Source: Guillardia theta CCMP2712 (taxonomy: Eukaryota; Protista; Cryptophyta). Taken from it: a DNA stretch of 64,000 nt. How positions within the stretch are numbered: position 1 is the first letter of the stretch; the number at the start of each line of letters is the position of its first letter. The position numbers and the translations under genes were made by a program. The notes beneath the pieces were generated by a model that ran no database searches, was not told the DNA's origin, and saw only the letters and a program-made list of their open reading frames with translations. Of the stretch, positions 38,346 to 50,781 are shown one piece after another. The DNA lies in assembly GCF_000315625.1 (NCBI RefSeq), contig NW_005434616.1:124001-188000 (forward strand), written 5' to 3'.

Positions 38346-41300
38346 TCAGGCGTATCTTTCCTCAAGTGTCAAGAGCGGAATATAAAGAAACTTGATCATC
38401 AAGGATCCTCAACACAGCGTGTTCATTGCTCCATGTGCAACAGCAACTCAATCGTGAAAGGGGGAATACATCATCCTGACTTGACTATGAATCGATTCTC
38501 AAGCATCTCGATGTTAAACTCTCCGTTCATCGTCAAAATTTCAAAGAGCTTGGCATCTTCCTGTTGATCAGCAGGTCACTCCCCGATCAAGTTTCACGTC
38601 TCGAGCCCACAGACCTCTTCAGACACGCAGTATCTCCTGCAGAAGGGTAGGTTAAGAAAGGGCTGCAGGAGAAATCACTACTCCTCACCTCAAGTCCTCG
38701 CTACTCATCTCATTCGTCGGTCTGCCATTGACAGACACTATCACGTCGCAGCAACACAACGATCCCTCCGGTCGTCCAGCCTCCTGAAACATCCCAAAAC
38801 CGTGAGGCATCCCTTGCATACAAACACTAGAAAACATTTTCGATCAAGATCTGGTACGGCCCTTCCGTCGGGCTGACGTCTATCCCTACATCTGTGGTCC
38901 AGTCACCCGAAAGAGCACAGGTGTGTAAGTCTTGCCGCTCTCAAACGAGACCCTGACGTCCTCTTGAGGCCCCTGCATGGCGCTCAGACGGGGAGAAGTC
39001 AGACGGACAGTACTCTTACCATGACTGACTGGGAGGTAGTCAGGACGACCTCCCTGAGAGTCAGCTTCCCTTGAATCTACAAAGCGTCAGGAGATCTCGT
39101 CTCAGGGTGCCAGGCTTCACCACAAAGTCATTCCGTCGGATCCACCGCTCGATCCCATCGCTCCATCTCACGCAGTACTCCTCTCCGTTGCAGGCCAGGA
39201 CCCGCCCCACCTCCTTGCACCCCAGGAAAGAGACTCCCAGGCCGACGCAAGGCTGCAGGAGACGCAGGACTTGAGCCTTGTTGAGGTGGTACACAGAGAC
39301 GCCGTCGATGGCGTGCAGCCAGCCCCCGCTGAAGGAGCTCGATGACTAGATGAGGCACTTTGTCAAGAACTGACCTCGAGACTTTAAATTGCTGAGCTGG
39401 ACTCTGAGGGCGAGGACGGTTACAGGCATTCGTTACTAGCGAGGAAGCTGTACCTGGTCTTGTACGGACATGATCCTGTAGGGCCCTCTGCATCTCACAA
39501 TCCTGATCTGTGAACAGGGTCAGATCTTGCAAGAAATTTCTTCTAGCAGTTCAACAGGAGGGAGGAGGTGGAGGATTTCTAGCGAGCTTCCGTGCTTCAT
39601 CAACTTGATGGATAGAATCTCTGCCGACATCATCAGGGGAGCAACCAAGGGGGACAAGCATACCGCTCAAGTCCTCAATGCGCAAAGGAAACATCACACC
39701 GTAAGATCTTGCAAGGACGAGGCTCATGGAGGTTGTTGAAGACTGTTGAGGTCAAACGTGCATCTCACATCAAGCAGCAACACTTCTGGTAACGTCACCT
39801 CTCGATTCATTGCGCCATTCTTGGCTAGTTCCAAATTCGTTAGCCGAGAATTGTCGATAACAATTAAAATCATCACCATCATTTTCCACAATTCCATGGC
39901 CCCCGGACTCTTTCTTCTTCAATCCATACGTTAGTAGCATCTTGCATGTCTAGTTAGAAATGCGTACTCCCATGAAAAGGCTCTCAGCGATCTCAACTTT
40001 GAGGTTATGAGTGGATTTTCCATCAATCATATGGATGATGTCCCCTCTGCTTGCAAATATTACTTCTCCTACAGACCTGATTGCTCACCTTCTCAGAATG
40101 TCACTCCCCTTCACCTCAGTCTGTAATCATATCCGTCAGCCTGTCAAGTTGGAAGCAAAACTCACCCGATACGAGACATCAACAACTTGAAGGAGGGCCT
40201 TGGTAGTCACTTCCACTTGTTTGCACCTCTCCATTCGGACCATCCTCGTCATCACAGCTTTCTTTGTTGGTTCTTCCTCGACTGTTGCTGCTGGATCCTC
40301 AGCAAGCCCCTTCCTCTGCAGCAAGGATCATTCCTACCCCCCCCCCCTCTTAGCTTGCTGACCAGTCTGTCAAACTTTTGGCATGTTGCCAGCCTTTCCC
40401 TCCAAGACATCGTCGCCCAATCATAAGGTTCTGTTGAAGAAGTTGCATGTTCCACAAGCTCGGCATCGAGCGCTTTAAATTGTCTCCACGCCGCATCTTC
40501 CGCAGCCTCGTTGGACGACTGGCGGCTCTCGGTGTGTAGTTTGACCCTTGCCTTGGCCGCCAGGAGAGTTTGATAGGATTGTATTAACTTGGAGCTCTGC
40601 GTCCTTGTACTGATTTCACAATTTCAACAAGGGATGATCATGATGACAGATGTCAAAGATCTCGGCACTACCTTGACAGATGCCGATGTTCAACGGCCTC
40701 GACATGTTTGCTTTGGAGCACCCTGCCGCGTGCAAGCAGCTGCAACCTGACACTTTCGTAATGCAAAATGTTCGTCAACGTCGAGACTTTCAATCTTGCA
40801 TCGGCCAGATTTTCTTTGGTGAATGAAGTACAAGAGCTGGGATCCGAAGCCAAACTTGTCTGGACGATCTTTTGGGTCAATAGCTCGTTTTCCATCTGCC
40901 ACAGCACAGTTCATTTCTCAAGATGAATGAAAGCAGGACGGAGAGAAATAAAGCAGGACGGAGAGAATTAAAGCAGGACGGAGAGTACCTCGAGTGCCTT
41001 GCAAGAATCTTCCAGCCTTCGCTTCAGGATGCATTGCTCCAGGTATTCCATCCCCCCGCGCATCAGGTAGTATTCTTCTGTTACATTCCCGCGCTCCTTA
41101 GTGACTCTGACCTGCACGAACGTGCCTTGTCTGCGCCACATGTCATGGAAACAGTGGAAGGCAAGGAGCATCCTTGCCTCCCTTGCAGATGAGTGTGCAC
41201 TTGTACCGCACATCCTTCACCAGTGTAAGCTCTGCCATCGACGGCTTCCACGGTGTCGCCAGGTTGGATCTCAGCATGGAATGCCGAAGTCCCTCCTACC

Positions 41301-41581
41301 ACATGCGCGCAGACCGGCTTAAGGGCCCCATCAACCATCATCTCGCTGGCAAGTCAAGGCGTCAGGTTCATCACATCGCTCATGGCCTTCCCGCCCCCTC
41401 ACCTCAAGAAAATCCCGAACAAAAAAGTCAATTCAACTCGGAGTCCGAGTTCGGAGGTTCCGGCGACTCGCCGGAAGCTGGAGCCACTCAGGCCCGGCCG
41501 GTTCCTCCGAACTCGAACTCGGATGATCCCGCGGCCCGGCGGTGCCACTCGGAGACTCGGACACCGGCGTGATTCGGACAT
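38346..41581 (-). CDS. Multi-exon protein with N-terminal PDZ domain, coiled coil and a Tudor/SH3-like segment
   Basis: PDZ: LFGIFL|SEMMVDGALKPVCAHVVGGTSAFHAEIQPGDTVEAVDGR..GTFVQVRV. Later GRVLACNGEEYCVRWSDGIERWIRRNDF. Both ends approximate. Confidence 0.55.
40930..40985. repeat. Intronic 20-bp tandem repeat, three copies (AAAGCAGGACGGAGAG..)
   Basis: Three adjacent copies, inside a minus-strand intron. Confidence 0.9.
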
Positions 41582-41625
41582 GATCGGATGGCCATCGAGA
41601 AATTAATCGCTAGTAGGCCATACTT

Positions 41626-41642
41626 TTTACTCAAAGTTAAGT
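41626..41642 (+). promoter_or_regulatory. TTTACTCAAAGTTAAGT motif, copy 2
   Basis: Exact match, next to the GC-rich stretch 41440-41590 at the 5' end of the PDZ gene. Confidence 0.6.
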
Positions 41643-42195
41643 TAAGCCACATAACATCATAGCGTTCTCAGTGATGAGCCGCCTGCTGCGATGCTGACTC
41701 GACTCACAGCGATGATGTTCAAACTACTTCGTTCGTAATCCGATCGCTTTCAAGACGGTCATTGAGTTCGGACGCCAAAGTAGCTTGAAGGGCACTTCTA
41801 ATTACATATTCGACCACTGGCCATATCCCAAGTTTCCCACTACCTTTCTCTCCTGACTCTCTTCTCAGCTTTTGCTTGATGCCGACTGCTATGGACCATC
41901 GCTAGCGTCAGGGTCTCAGTTCCTGGTCCCAAAGTTCGAACGCTTATCATGACTTGAAGTTTCAAATGATGGCTGTCAGAGTGAACGAAACTGACGTTAC
42001 ATCTAACGTACAAAGCCCTGCCAATTCTCCGAGCGATCAGTAGGAAATTCTGGAGCGAGCATGAAAATATGGACCGAGTACGAGTCAACCTATACACAAA
42101 GAATCAGCCATGTACCGACAACCAGGGAATCGCGTGCAAAGAACACTAAAGAACAACATTACAGGTTTGGAATCCATCGCACTCAGAGGAGGTTC

Positions 42196-43161
42196 TCAGA
42201 GGAGGTTCTTCACATCCTCCTGCGAGGTTCCCGGAGGGACAGCAGGCTTGTAGGGCCTCTCGTGGATCCACATCTGCACCAGCTTCAGTGCTGTACACAC
42301 TCAAGATTTTCGGTCAGGACGGACCTGTGCGATCCACTTGGTATCGAACGCAGGAGATCCGGCGTGCAGGGTCCGGGGATCAGGAGTCCCGTCCTTGAAA
42401 GCTGGGAAGAAGAGCAGGGCTTTCCCCTTCTCCGGCCTCACTTTGAGATCCAGCTCCTTGAAGGTAGTCATGCCCCCTCCACTAGCTGGGACATCGTTCA
42501 AGTAGACCAGGAGAGTGGCTAGTCTCTGCCCTCCGTTTGCGGCCTCCTCTTTGGGAACTGCGTCCTCGTGCCAATTGAAGAAATCTCCCATCTCATACCG
42601 CACTATCTGGGGCTCCTCCATCTGCTCAACGCTGATTTCCGGTAGAAGAGCAAGGGCTTTTTTTATCAGGGTTTCACACTTGCTGTACTTAACGAACCAC
42701 GTGGTGCTCTGCCGATTACTCCCTGTCAATGAGCCTCCGAAAGTCGCTGAGTTGATCTTGATAGAGTCCCCTGTGCTCTCCCCGTTGACCCCCAGATTTG
42801 CGTAGGTCTCGCACGAAGAATCATCGAAGAATCTATCGATGCAGAAAACCGGCGGGTCCACGTTCACAACCTTCAATCCAGGAAATGACAGGTCTACACT
42901 AATGTGATTCGAAAGGTCTACTTTGCCTCCAGCAGCTTTCTTTGTATTCTTCACCTTGCTTGCTTTCGAGGAAGAGCATTTCAGAGTGTGTAGTCCTGAC
43001 CCGATAGGCAGTCTATGAACCCTGCCGACGTGACGAGCCAGGCAAGGCGAAGTCACAGCAAAGCTGCAAGGAGATGTAAGAGCAAAGCTGCAGACCCTAG
43101 CAACGCTGATCATGAGCAACGCGCAGGCACGAGCATGGTATCGAAGCTGAGCGACTACCAT
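42196..43161 (-). CDS. Prolyl 4-hydroxylase-like 2OG-Fe(II) oxygenase with bipartite (plastid-type) leader
   Basis: EEPQIVRY, WHEDA (HxD), GGQRLATLLVYLNDV..GGMTTF, RTLHAG, TKWIAQ|MWIHE. Signal peptide ends RVCS-F, followed by an S/R-rich transit-like peptide. Confidence 0.88.
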
Positions 43162-43345
43162 CGCGCCCCCCCTCTTTAAATCCCTTGGTTGTTCCCCGAC
43201 TTTCTTTATTGACTGAAAAAATTAGAGGTAACATACAGTCTTTAAAATTAAGGGGTGTTGCCTTAAAATAAGCCCCTTGTGGTCTAGCATACGAGGTCAA
43301 ACAGCCTACTTGGCGAGGCGGAAGCGGGATAGGGCCGTTGACCAG

Positions 43346-46300
43346 ATGTACATGGCGAGTCGCTCGCGCAGCCCCCCGCGAGCATCAAGATTCACAGACA
43401 CAACCAGGTGACTCCTCCTCCTCCTCCTCCTGCTCCTCCTCCTCCTCCTTCTCCTCCTCCTCCTCCTCCTTCTCCTCCTCCTTCTCCTCCTCCTCCTCCT
43501 CCTCCTCCTCCTCCTCCTCCTCCTCCTCCTGCTCCTCCTCCTGCTCCTCCTCCTGCTCCTCCTCCTGCTCCTGCTCCTGGTGTTANNNNNNNNNNNNNNN
43601 NNNNNNNNNNNNNNNNNNNNNNNNNNNNNNNNNNNNNNNNNNNNNNNNNNNNNNNNNNNNNNNNNNNNNNNNNNNNNNNNNNNNNCTCCTCCTCCTCCTC
43701 CTCCTCCTCCTCCTCGTCCTCCACGATCACCACCAGCTCCTCCTCAACGACCAGCTCCTCCTCCTCCTATGTTCTCCTACTACTGCTACTATTGCTACTA
43801 CTTCCTTCTCCTATGTCCTTCTCTTCCTTCTCCTACCTACCTCCGATTACCTCCTCCCTCCTCTTCTCCTTATCTCCTACCTCCTCCTGGCTACCCCTTC
43901 CTACCGCCTCGACTTTCCTCTTCCTCTCCTCCTCCTAACTCCTTGCGTAATCATCATCAACACCACCACCTCCACCATCACCACCACTTATCACTTATCT
44001 TATGATGTTGAAAGACCCTGACATCGCAAAACAATGTTTAGAAACGCAGAGACCGCTCGGAGACCGCCAATAGTTCAGAAGATACTCGATGCGAATGCAA
44101 CGTGAGATGATGGTGTTTGCGGATGGCAGAAGTCAGTGAGAGTTCTGCAGGGAAATAAAGGAGACAGTCAGGACTTCAAAGGCTTTTGTCGACCTCTTCG
44201 AGCGGCATGTCCAAGAGAACGACATCCAACTCGCGTACCATCACAGACTCTCAAGGTCGGTGGGAACCTCACCAACATGGCAGGAGGTTCAACTTCCTCA
44301 AGATGTCAACATTTTATGAAAACAGCACTGTTTCCAACAATTGCACGGTCTTCCCATATCACCTCATGTTGCAACAGCTTACCAACTACGTGCAGGGAAA
44401 GCCGCAGGCTGGAACACTTGCGCTAGTGCTGATATTCCAGTACTACTCTGGGAGGTAAACAGCTCTTGCATCTCACCCTGCGGGTTGACGTTGAGGTCCA
44501 GACGACAATTTGATCACATTCAGTCTGCTCAAGTCTTTACGTTTGAAGACATCAAGGCTATCAACTCAACGATTGATCAGGTTCCTCCTGCTCCGTGCCC
44601 ATGCACACACCCTGTCATACAGTGACAGCCACACAGCCCGAGCTCTGGAAGTTCATGAAGGAATTCTTCCCAGGAGTGTTCACTAAGAGCGAGGTACGGT
44701 ACTTCTCTTCTAGGCAAGAGTTGTAATCACTAGCTCCAACAGATCGCCTGGATGTTCAAGATGGCGAATTCCATGGAAGGTGTTTCAGATGACAACTCAT
44801 TCTTGCTTCATTTCGACGAGTTTGTTGCACTTCTCTGTCAGATTGGCTGCCAACTGTGAAGTCTTCACTTTGATCCTCCTTGCTCTGATCTTGTTGCACT
44901 ACAGATATCGTGGAGACTCTGTGGATGAGATTGTGAGGAAACTAGGGCTGCGCATGGGTCTCAATGACCCCATCAACGTTCGGAACCATCTGGTGTCCCT
45001 TCACTCTCTCGGCTCCTCCTCCGCATGCTCACATGCCCAAAAGGCGAAACTTGGCAGGCAGGACGCAGGTTTTGGAGCATGGAAGAGCGACGAGCCGATC
45101 AGACCTCTGTGTGCGGAGGGGAACGTTCGGGTATGTGCGGGAGTTCCAGGCACTGGCGTGTTGACCTCTCGTTACGAAGGTCCCGTTGGGTGACCATGCT
45201 GCATCGTGGATACTTTCAAACGATGAGATGCTGTCGATGAAGGCGAAGCTTGTTCAAAACTTCCCATCTCTGGAGGTTTTGCTGCATTGTTGACCTCTGA
45301 ATGACGTGAAGGAATGATTGCAGGTGCCGGACTGGATGTCGTTCCCTGGACAATACGTCGCCCTTGCCTTTCCTCAACATGGGTTCGTGCTTGACACTCC
45401 TCGTGAGGTTTGTTCACAGCAGACAGGGTGAGGAATGGGAAGCAAATTCGGTTCCGCATCTCCATCCGCAGCGTTGCTCCTCGCCTTGTTCAGGTTCTGC
45501 TATGTGAAGAAGAAATCTCAGGGAATGAACGAGAGTGTACAGCTGTGGTACCGCCTTGAAAACCTGGACGGCATCTCAATCAAACAAAAATCTTCTCAAT
45601 TGATCGCAACTGGAATGGACTTCTTGCTTGTCGGGACTATCAAAGCTTGAAGAAAGTTTCCTAACGCGGCTTGTAGGATTTCTCCCTCAAGGGTATCCAG
45701 CCCGGCATTCATCTCGGAGGGGTCGTCTTCTCGGCCGAGGTGGACTGAGACGTGTGCACGTGTGCTGGCGATCTGAAGTCCAACTGCAGGAGGGAGGAAC
45801 AGAGTTGTTCCGGTGCCCTGTTTACCTCCAAGTCATCGACCTCCGCGACCTCGACGAGAATGTTCTGACCAAGATAGTGGCGGCCTCTGTGAGACCATCT
45901 CTGACTCGATCCCCGACGCCCTTGACGCTCACTGCAGATAGAAGAAAGGACCCTCCGAATGAAACTCGCGGAGACTGCAGAAGACAACTCAGCTATCAAC
46001 GCAACACACCTCCAGCAGGTTCCCCAGCGATGCTTCTCAGCTGCTCGAACCGTGACCCCACGCGCAGGCTCTGGACGATTTGGGGATGCCGTCACTCGTA
46101 GGCGATGTCCATGACTTCATGAGGATGCTTGCACCTGAGGATGGAGAGACTAGTATAGACCAGGTGGAAGTTTGAACCCTTGACTTTGGTCCGATGATCC
46201 AGCTTTCTCCACAGCTCATGAGGAAAATTTACCGGCCCTCGAGACAAAAAGTAGACAGCAAGGTCGTGACTCACGATCCTGGATTGGACTGACATGGTTG

Positions 46301-46564
46301 TAGAGGTCCATCGCAGCCAAACAGAAGGATGAGATTCAGAAGGTTGTTTACGAGACTGGGCTTGCTGCCGTGATCACAGTCAAGCACTCGTTGGAGATCA
46401 CAGAGCTTCAGCAGAACTATCAAGACACCCTCTCGATCATACAAAGCTCCCCAACAAGGTTCAAGAACGCAGGATTGATGTCGGGCTCGGTCAGCGTAGA
46501 GCCAAGCAAGACCTTCAGCGAGAGCGGCACAGAAAACTTAGGGAGGAGGAAGTCAATTACGTGA
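43346..46564 (+). CDS. Hypothetical multi-exon protein (intron 1 contains CCT repeats and the gap)
   Basis: Chain of short exons (MASRSRSPPRASRFTDTT; QLTNYVQGKPQ..; PELWKFMKEFFPG; FTLILLALILLHYRYRGDS..) to TGA at about 46564. No domain recognised; it could be two genes. Confidence 0.45.
43410..43990. repeat. (CCT)n/(CCTGCT)n low-complexity tract with a 100-N assembly gap at 43586-43685
   Basis: Seen directly. Confidence 0.95.
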
Positions 46565-46645
46565 TTGCAGTTATCTCTAGGTAGAATGTACAATAAAAAC
46601 TTCTTGACATCAAGTGAGGCATCATGTCCTGATTCTTCTGAATCA

Positions 46646-47607
46646 TCATGCCTCTGAAACCTCCTCCCCCTTGCGCTTCCACCTATTGTGCATCCAAAGG
46701 TACTGCTCCGGAGATCGGAGCACCTCTTCTTCCAAGAGCTGATTGTATGCCTCAACAAGTTTCTCTGCTTCAACCTTCTGCTCGCCATCGGACGTTCTCT
46801 CATGGATTCTCTTTGCAACAATATCAAACATCCCGTCAGCATCCTTGCAAACCACAAACCACAGGCTTTTGCAGGCTTCAACCTCTGTATACATCCTCGC
46901 AAACCCGGAGTGGCAAGTCGTTTGTCTGCCAAGGAAGTTGCACGTGATACCAGAGCTGGAGGAGCACCTCTGATCGGGAAGGATACCTACGAGCCCTCCC
47001 CTCTCCAGCACTTGTTGGAGGAGGCCTCTGCTTCCTCGGCTCTGGACCATGCAGCAGTGATCTCTGTAGCTGGAGTCTGACAGACGGAGGTCCCTTAGGA
47101 CCTGATCGACTTGCGCGTCATGCAGAGGCTTGTAAACGATGCATATCTGCTTCTTGCTCCCGGAAATGTCTAGGATCCTGTTGAGAAATGGCACGAGCAG
47201 CTCCCAGTAGCCCAGGTGGGCCGACACCACCATCACAGAGCCACGGTGAAGGTCTGAACGAAGCTCGTCTATGCTGGAGTCTGTCACGCTCAACTGATGG
47301 TCCTCCTCCCAGAGGGGGAGGTGGAGGAGGGAAGCAGCGGCTCGAGCAACGTGAAGACAACTGGAGATCGCGATCTGGTTGACATTGAAGCGGCGCTGAC
47401 CTTGCCTCTCCCGCAAGTACGTCTCCACAAGTCGGAGGGTCTCCTGCACCTCAAATCATCTCAAATCATCCTTACGGGATGACATACCCTCGAGCGGCGG
47501 AAGAACAAGAGGATGCTCACAGGGCTGAGGACCCACGATGCTCTTCTCGCCCACCGCAGCGGCACCAACCTTAGCGCCATCGCCATCGCTTTCAGCATTG
47601 CGTCCAT
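46646..47607 (-). CDS. lpxL: Lipid A biosynthesis lauroyl/myristoyl acyltransferase family protein (LpxL/HtrB-like)
   Basis: VMVVSAHLGYWELL, IVYKPLHD, GGLVGILPDQ, CNFLGRQT, YNQLLEEEVLRSPEQYLWMHNRWK. One short intron near the 5' end. Confidence 0.87.
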
Positions 47608-47727
47608 TGTGTCCCACCCACCCCACCCCGTACCCCCCATTCGTCCCCTTCTTTACCCAGCTCTTTACCCTCCACCCCCACCATCACAAGAAAGAACCGA
47701 AACCCTAGTCGGAGGATTTTTACTCAG

Positions 47728-49719
47728 TCAAGCCCAGGCAATCGGCTCCCTCAGCACGTCTACCAACTTCTGCTCCTCGCTCCCCTCCTCAGGCTCCACG
47801 TTGTACCTGCACCGCCTGCTTTGAGGGCCAGATAGAAGAGAGGGAGGCAGGCAGAAAGTGCATGCAGAAGAGCCATTGCACGTCTTATCACCTCCAAGCA
47901 ATCAAAGGAGGAGCAGAAACCATGATCGACTCCGTCCTTCCTTGACCATCTAGTCCGAATTTCTGAATCGCCACGCAAGGTGAGTCTGCGCACAAGGGAA
48001 GGTTTAGGGTGCATACCACTCCTCTGTCGTATAGCAGGTTGAACTCAAGATATCGGCCACGACGAAGGAGCTGCCACTGCGGGCAAGCGTTAGCAAAGAG
48101 CTCAGGAAGAACATGACATGCGTTTCTCTGCTTGTCCGTGAAAGGGGTCGACCTGGGAACCCACACTTGAGTAACATAGCCCCAGACTTGTGTATCAGAT
48201 CTACCTCCGTCTCTCGGCAATGGGCAGATAACTTGGCATAAACCCATCTGCAACGTCCTTGACCTGGTCGAAACTCGGTAAGAGTCGCACCAGCGTTCAA
48301 GCCAATTTCATTACGAAGGGAAGAGGGTCCGAAGAGTCGCTCATTTGCGCGAGGTCGTCGAAGAAAATCCCACCTTACAGCACAAAAGTCAGCACAAGCT
48401 GCGAAACAGGTCAATCGGAGAACTGACCTACTCCTCTGTGCTCCTTGCGAGCTGGAATATAGAAATAGTCGTCACACCATTTCTTGAACTTCCCATACTG
48501 AGAAATCGACGATCATCCCATGGTTACACAGGGCAACCAGAGCTGCAGGAGGGAGCAATCACCGCCTGCGGATCATGTTTGTCGCAAATATTCTTGTAAA
48601 ACGAGTGGAACTCTTTCGCATCCTGCGCTTATGGTCAAGAATCAGATCTGTCCCAGCTTGCTCCTCACCTCCGGAAACAAGTAATAAGGCGTCAGGTCCG
48701 CTCCTCCCCCATACCATCCTCCTCCCCCGACAACCTGAGAAATTGAAAACAAGATTTTAAAGGAGATCAAATTGGTCAAAGGAGGAGAGAATGTTGTAGT
48801 TGGAGGGAGAGGTGGAGGAGGAGGAGGAGGAGGAGGAGGAGGAGGGGTTCAGGCTGCATCACGGGAAGATCAACTTTTCTATCCTTCGCCTTCTTACTTG
48901 AAAGTGACGGACGTCTGCCCTGAACGTTGGAACCTGTTGTCAAACCTGAGCAACAAGGCCGTTCACAGGAGCATCATCAAAGTTCACCATGGGAGAAGCC
49001 GAGTGGAACACTAGCGAGCACGCTATGGCGCTGTAAGGCTGTCCCGCCTCTGCCTCCCGTCCCCTGCTCGTCAGGAGCTCGTCATTCGAAGGGACAGTTC
49101 CATGGCAGCAGTGAAAACCTCGAGCTCATAGCCATAGCGCGCTCCTTCGAGAGCTTCCCTTTGACGACCGACACGCTGCAAGGGCATGTGAGGCAGTCCG
49201 AGACCTCCTGACGGGCTCTGAGATCCTACCTGCATGCCGCCTTCTCCCACAAATTCCCGTCTTCCAGCACGCGGGTGATCCCGAACCCTTATCAACATTG
49301 GTGAGGTGTCGGGCAATCGCCAGGCTCTGAGACCTTGGCCTTCCCCACGATCCCATCTGTCAGTGATGAAGCTCGACTTGCCATCAGCACGCGCTGCCGT
49401 CTGCGGAAGCCGGTCAGTGGCTGCACTGAGGCCACCATGAGATTTTTGACCCGACAGATGTTCTCCTGAGTCTCTAGGATGAAGTCCTCCCACTCATCAG
49501 AAGCTTTACACAGCGGAGCCACAGGCCGAGCACGCAAAGCGTGGCTTCTCCTGCCTTGACAGAGCAAGGGCTGGCCTGACTTGCAGTGAGGAGGAGGGAG
49601 GGCAAGAGGGTTCTGACTTGCAGGACATGATCCTTACCCGTCATGAAGGCATCCCCGCTGCCCAGCAGCAAACATCCCATTGCCAACCCCAAAAGAACGG
49701 CCGCCATCTGGGCCGCCAT
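47728..49719 (-). CDS. hemF: Oxygen-dependent coproporphyrinogen III oxidase, plastid-targeted, divergent subtype
   Basis: Signal peptide ending GDA-F; [86 protein letters not shown]. Confidence 0.93.
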
Positions 49720-50012
49720 GCCCTCAGTCCCCCAGGTGCCAAAACTCTCAGTGAATCCCGCCGGCCGGGCCCGGCAGGGCCGCGGCCGTGCCGTGCCGGG
49801 CCGTGCCATTCTCAAACTACCTTGAGCACTGAGACTTCGGCCCGGGAAGCACCTCTCCTCAGCCTAACACCGGGCCCGGCGGGCCGCCTGAAACCTGCCA
49901 GGCTGGCCGGAGGTCTCCGAATCATGTCATTTTGGCAAGTTGGCCTGTGCGACAGTTGGTAGGGTCAAGCCTCCTCGACTCTCTTGTCAGATTGTCCTCG
50001 TACTGATCTTTA

Positions 50013-50029
50013 ACTTAACTTTGAGTAAA
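50013..50029 (-). promoter_or_regulatory. TTTACTCAAAGTTAAGT motif, copy 3 (minus strand)
   Basis: ACTTAACTTTGAGTAAA on the + strand, upstream of hemF. Confidence 0.6.
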
Positions 50030-50198
50030 GCCACCATGTTCAAATCGGACTCCAGGCTCCTGAAACCTGGCCGGAGGTCTCCGTGACTTGAAAGCCCGGC
50101 CCCCACCCCCCCCTTTCACCAGCCCCGGCGCCTCCCGGCTATCCGATCACTAATAGGTCGTTGAATCAATGTAGTGATGGATCTCGAGATCCGCACTC

Positions 50199-50215
50199 TT
50201 TACTCAAAGTTAAGT
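50199..50215 (+). promoter_or_regulatory. TTTACTCAAAGTTAAGT motif, copy 4
   Basis: Exact match, inverted relative to copy 3, upstream of the + gene at 50782. Confidence 0.6.
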
Positions 50216-50781
50216 GAAATCAGTGAGGACAACGAGGCCGATCTCACGTTCGTTGGGTGCCACCCCCTCCCTTCCCCATACGAGAACCCCACCCCTCCCT
50301 CCCCTCCAGCTCAGAAGAAAATCTCCGCACCGTCCGACGATAACCCACCCCCTGGGACCTTCATGAGGGGAAACGATGGGGTCCTCTCGGAATTAAGTTG
50401 AAAACTGCACTGCTAGTTCGAAAACTGGTAGGGTCCTGAGGCTGAAAGAGGGGGTAGTGGTACCGAGTGTGGCGATCAGAGTAGAACAGTAGTGAGAAAA
50501 TTTCTGGAGCTTGAAGAGAGAACGGACAAGAAAGTTCAAAGAGGAAGAGAGATGATCGAGGTGGAGAAGAGGAACGAGACTAGACGTAAGAACAAATCGA
50601 GGAGAAAGAGAAATAGGCGAGATCCCTCAGAGAAATAGAAGTTGCACAGCACCAAGATACGGGAGGACAAGTCGAAAAGGGAAGCAATGCCAAGGCAAAG
50701 GGAGCGATGGGGGCTCGGACGGCAAATTCCTTTCTTGTTGCTTCTAGCTGACATGCAATCGACCAGAAGTGATCGTAACAG

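Noticed and set aside
40330-40360. Additional LRGG (VSKLRGGGG), and LRRGG at about 24000
   Set aside because: The first is internal with no signal peptide; the second is out of frame with the septin. Neither is counted as a leader motif.
41671-41770. Possible C/D-box snoRNA (GTGATGA ... CTGA)
   Set aside because: No convincing terminal D box, terminal stem or recognisable rRNA guide.
43338-44021. Poly-S/P/G ORFs across the gap
   Set aside because: CCT microsatellite plus Ns; not coding evidence.
50009-50215. piggyBac-like MITE (TTAA-flanked inverted repeats formed by motif copies 3 and 4)
   Set aside because: The identity extends beyond TTAA in all four copies, the other two copies are solo, and the interior is not repeated, so TTAA is part of the motif and not a target-site duplication. 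Not fully excluded.
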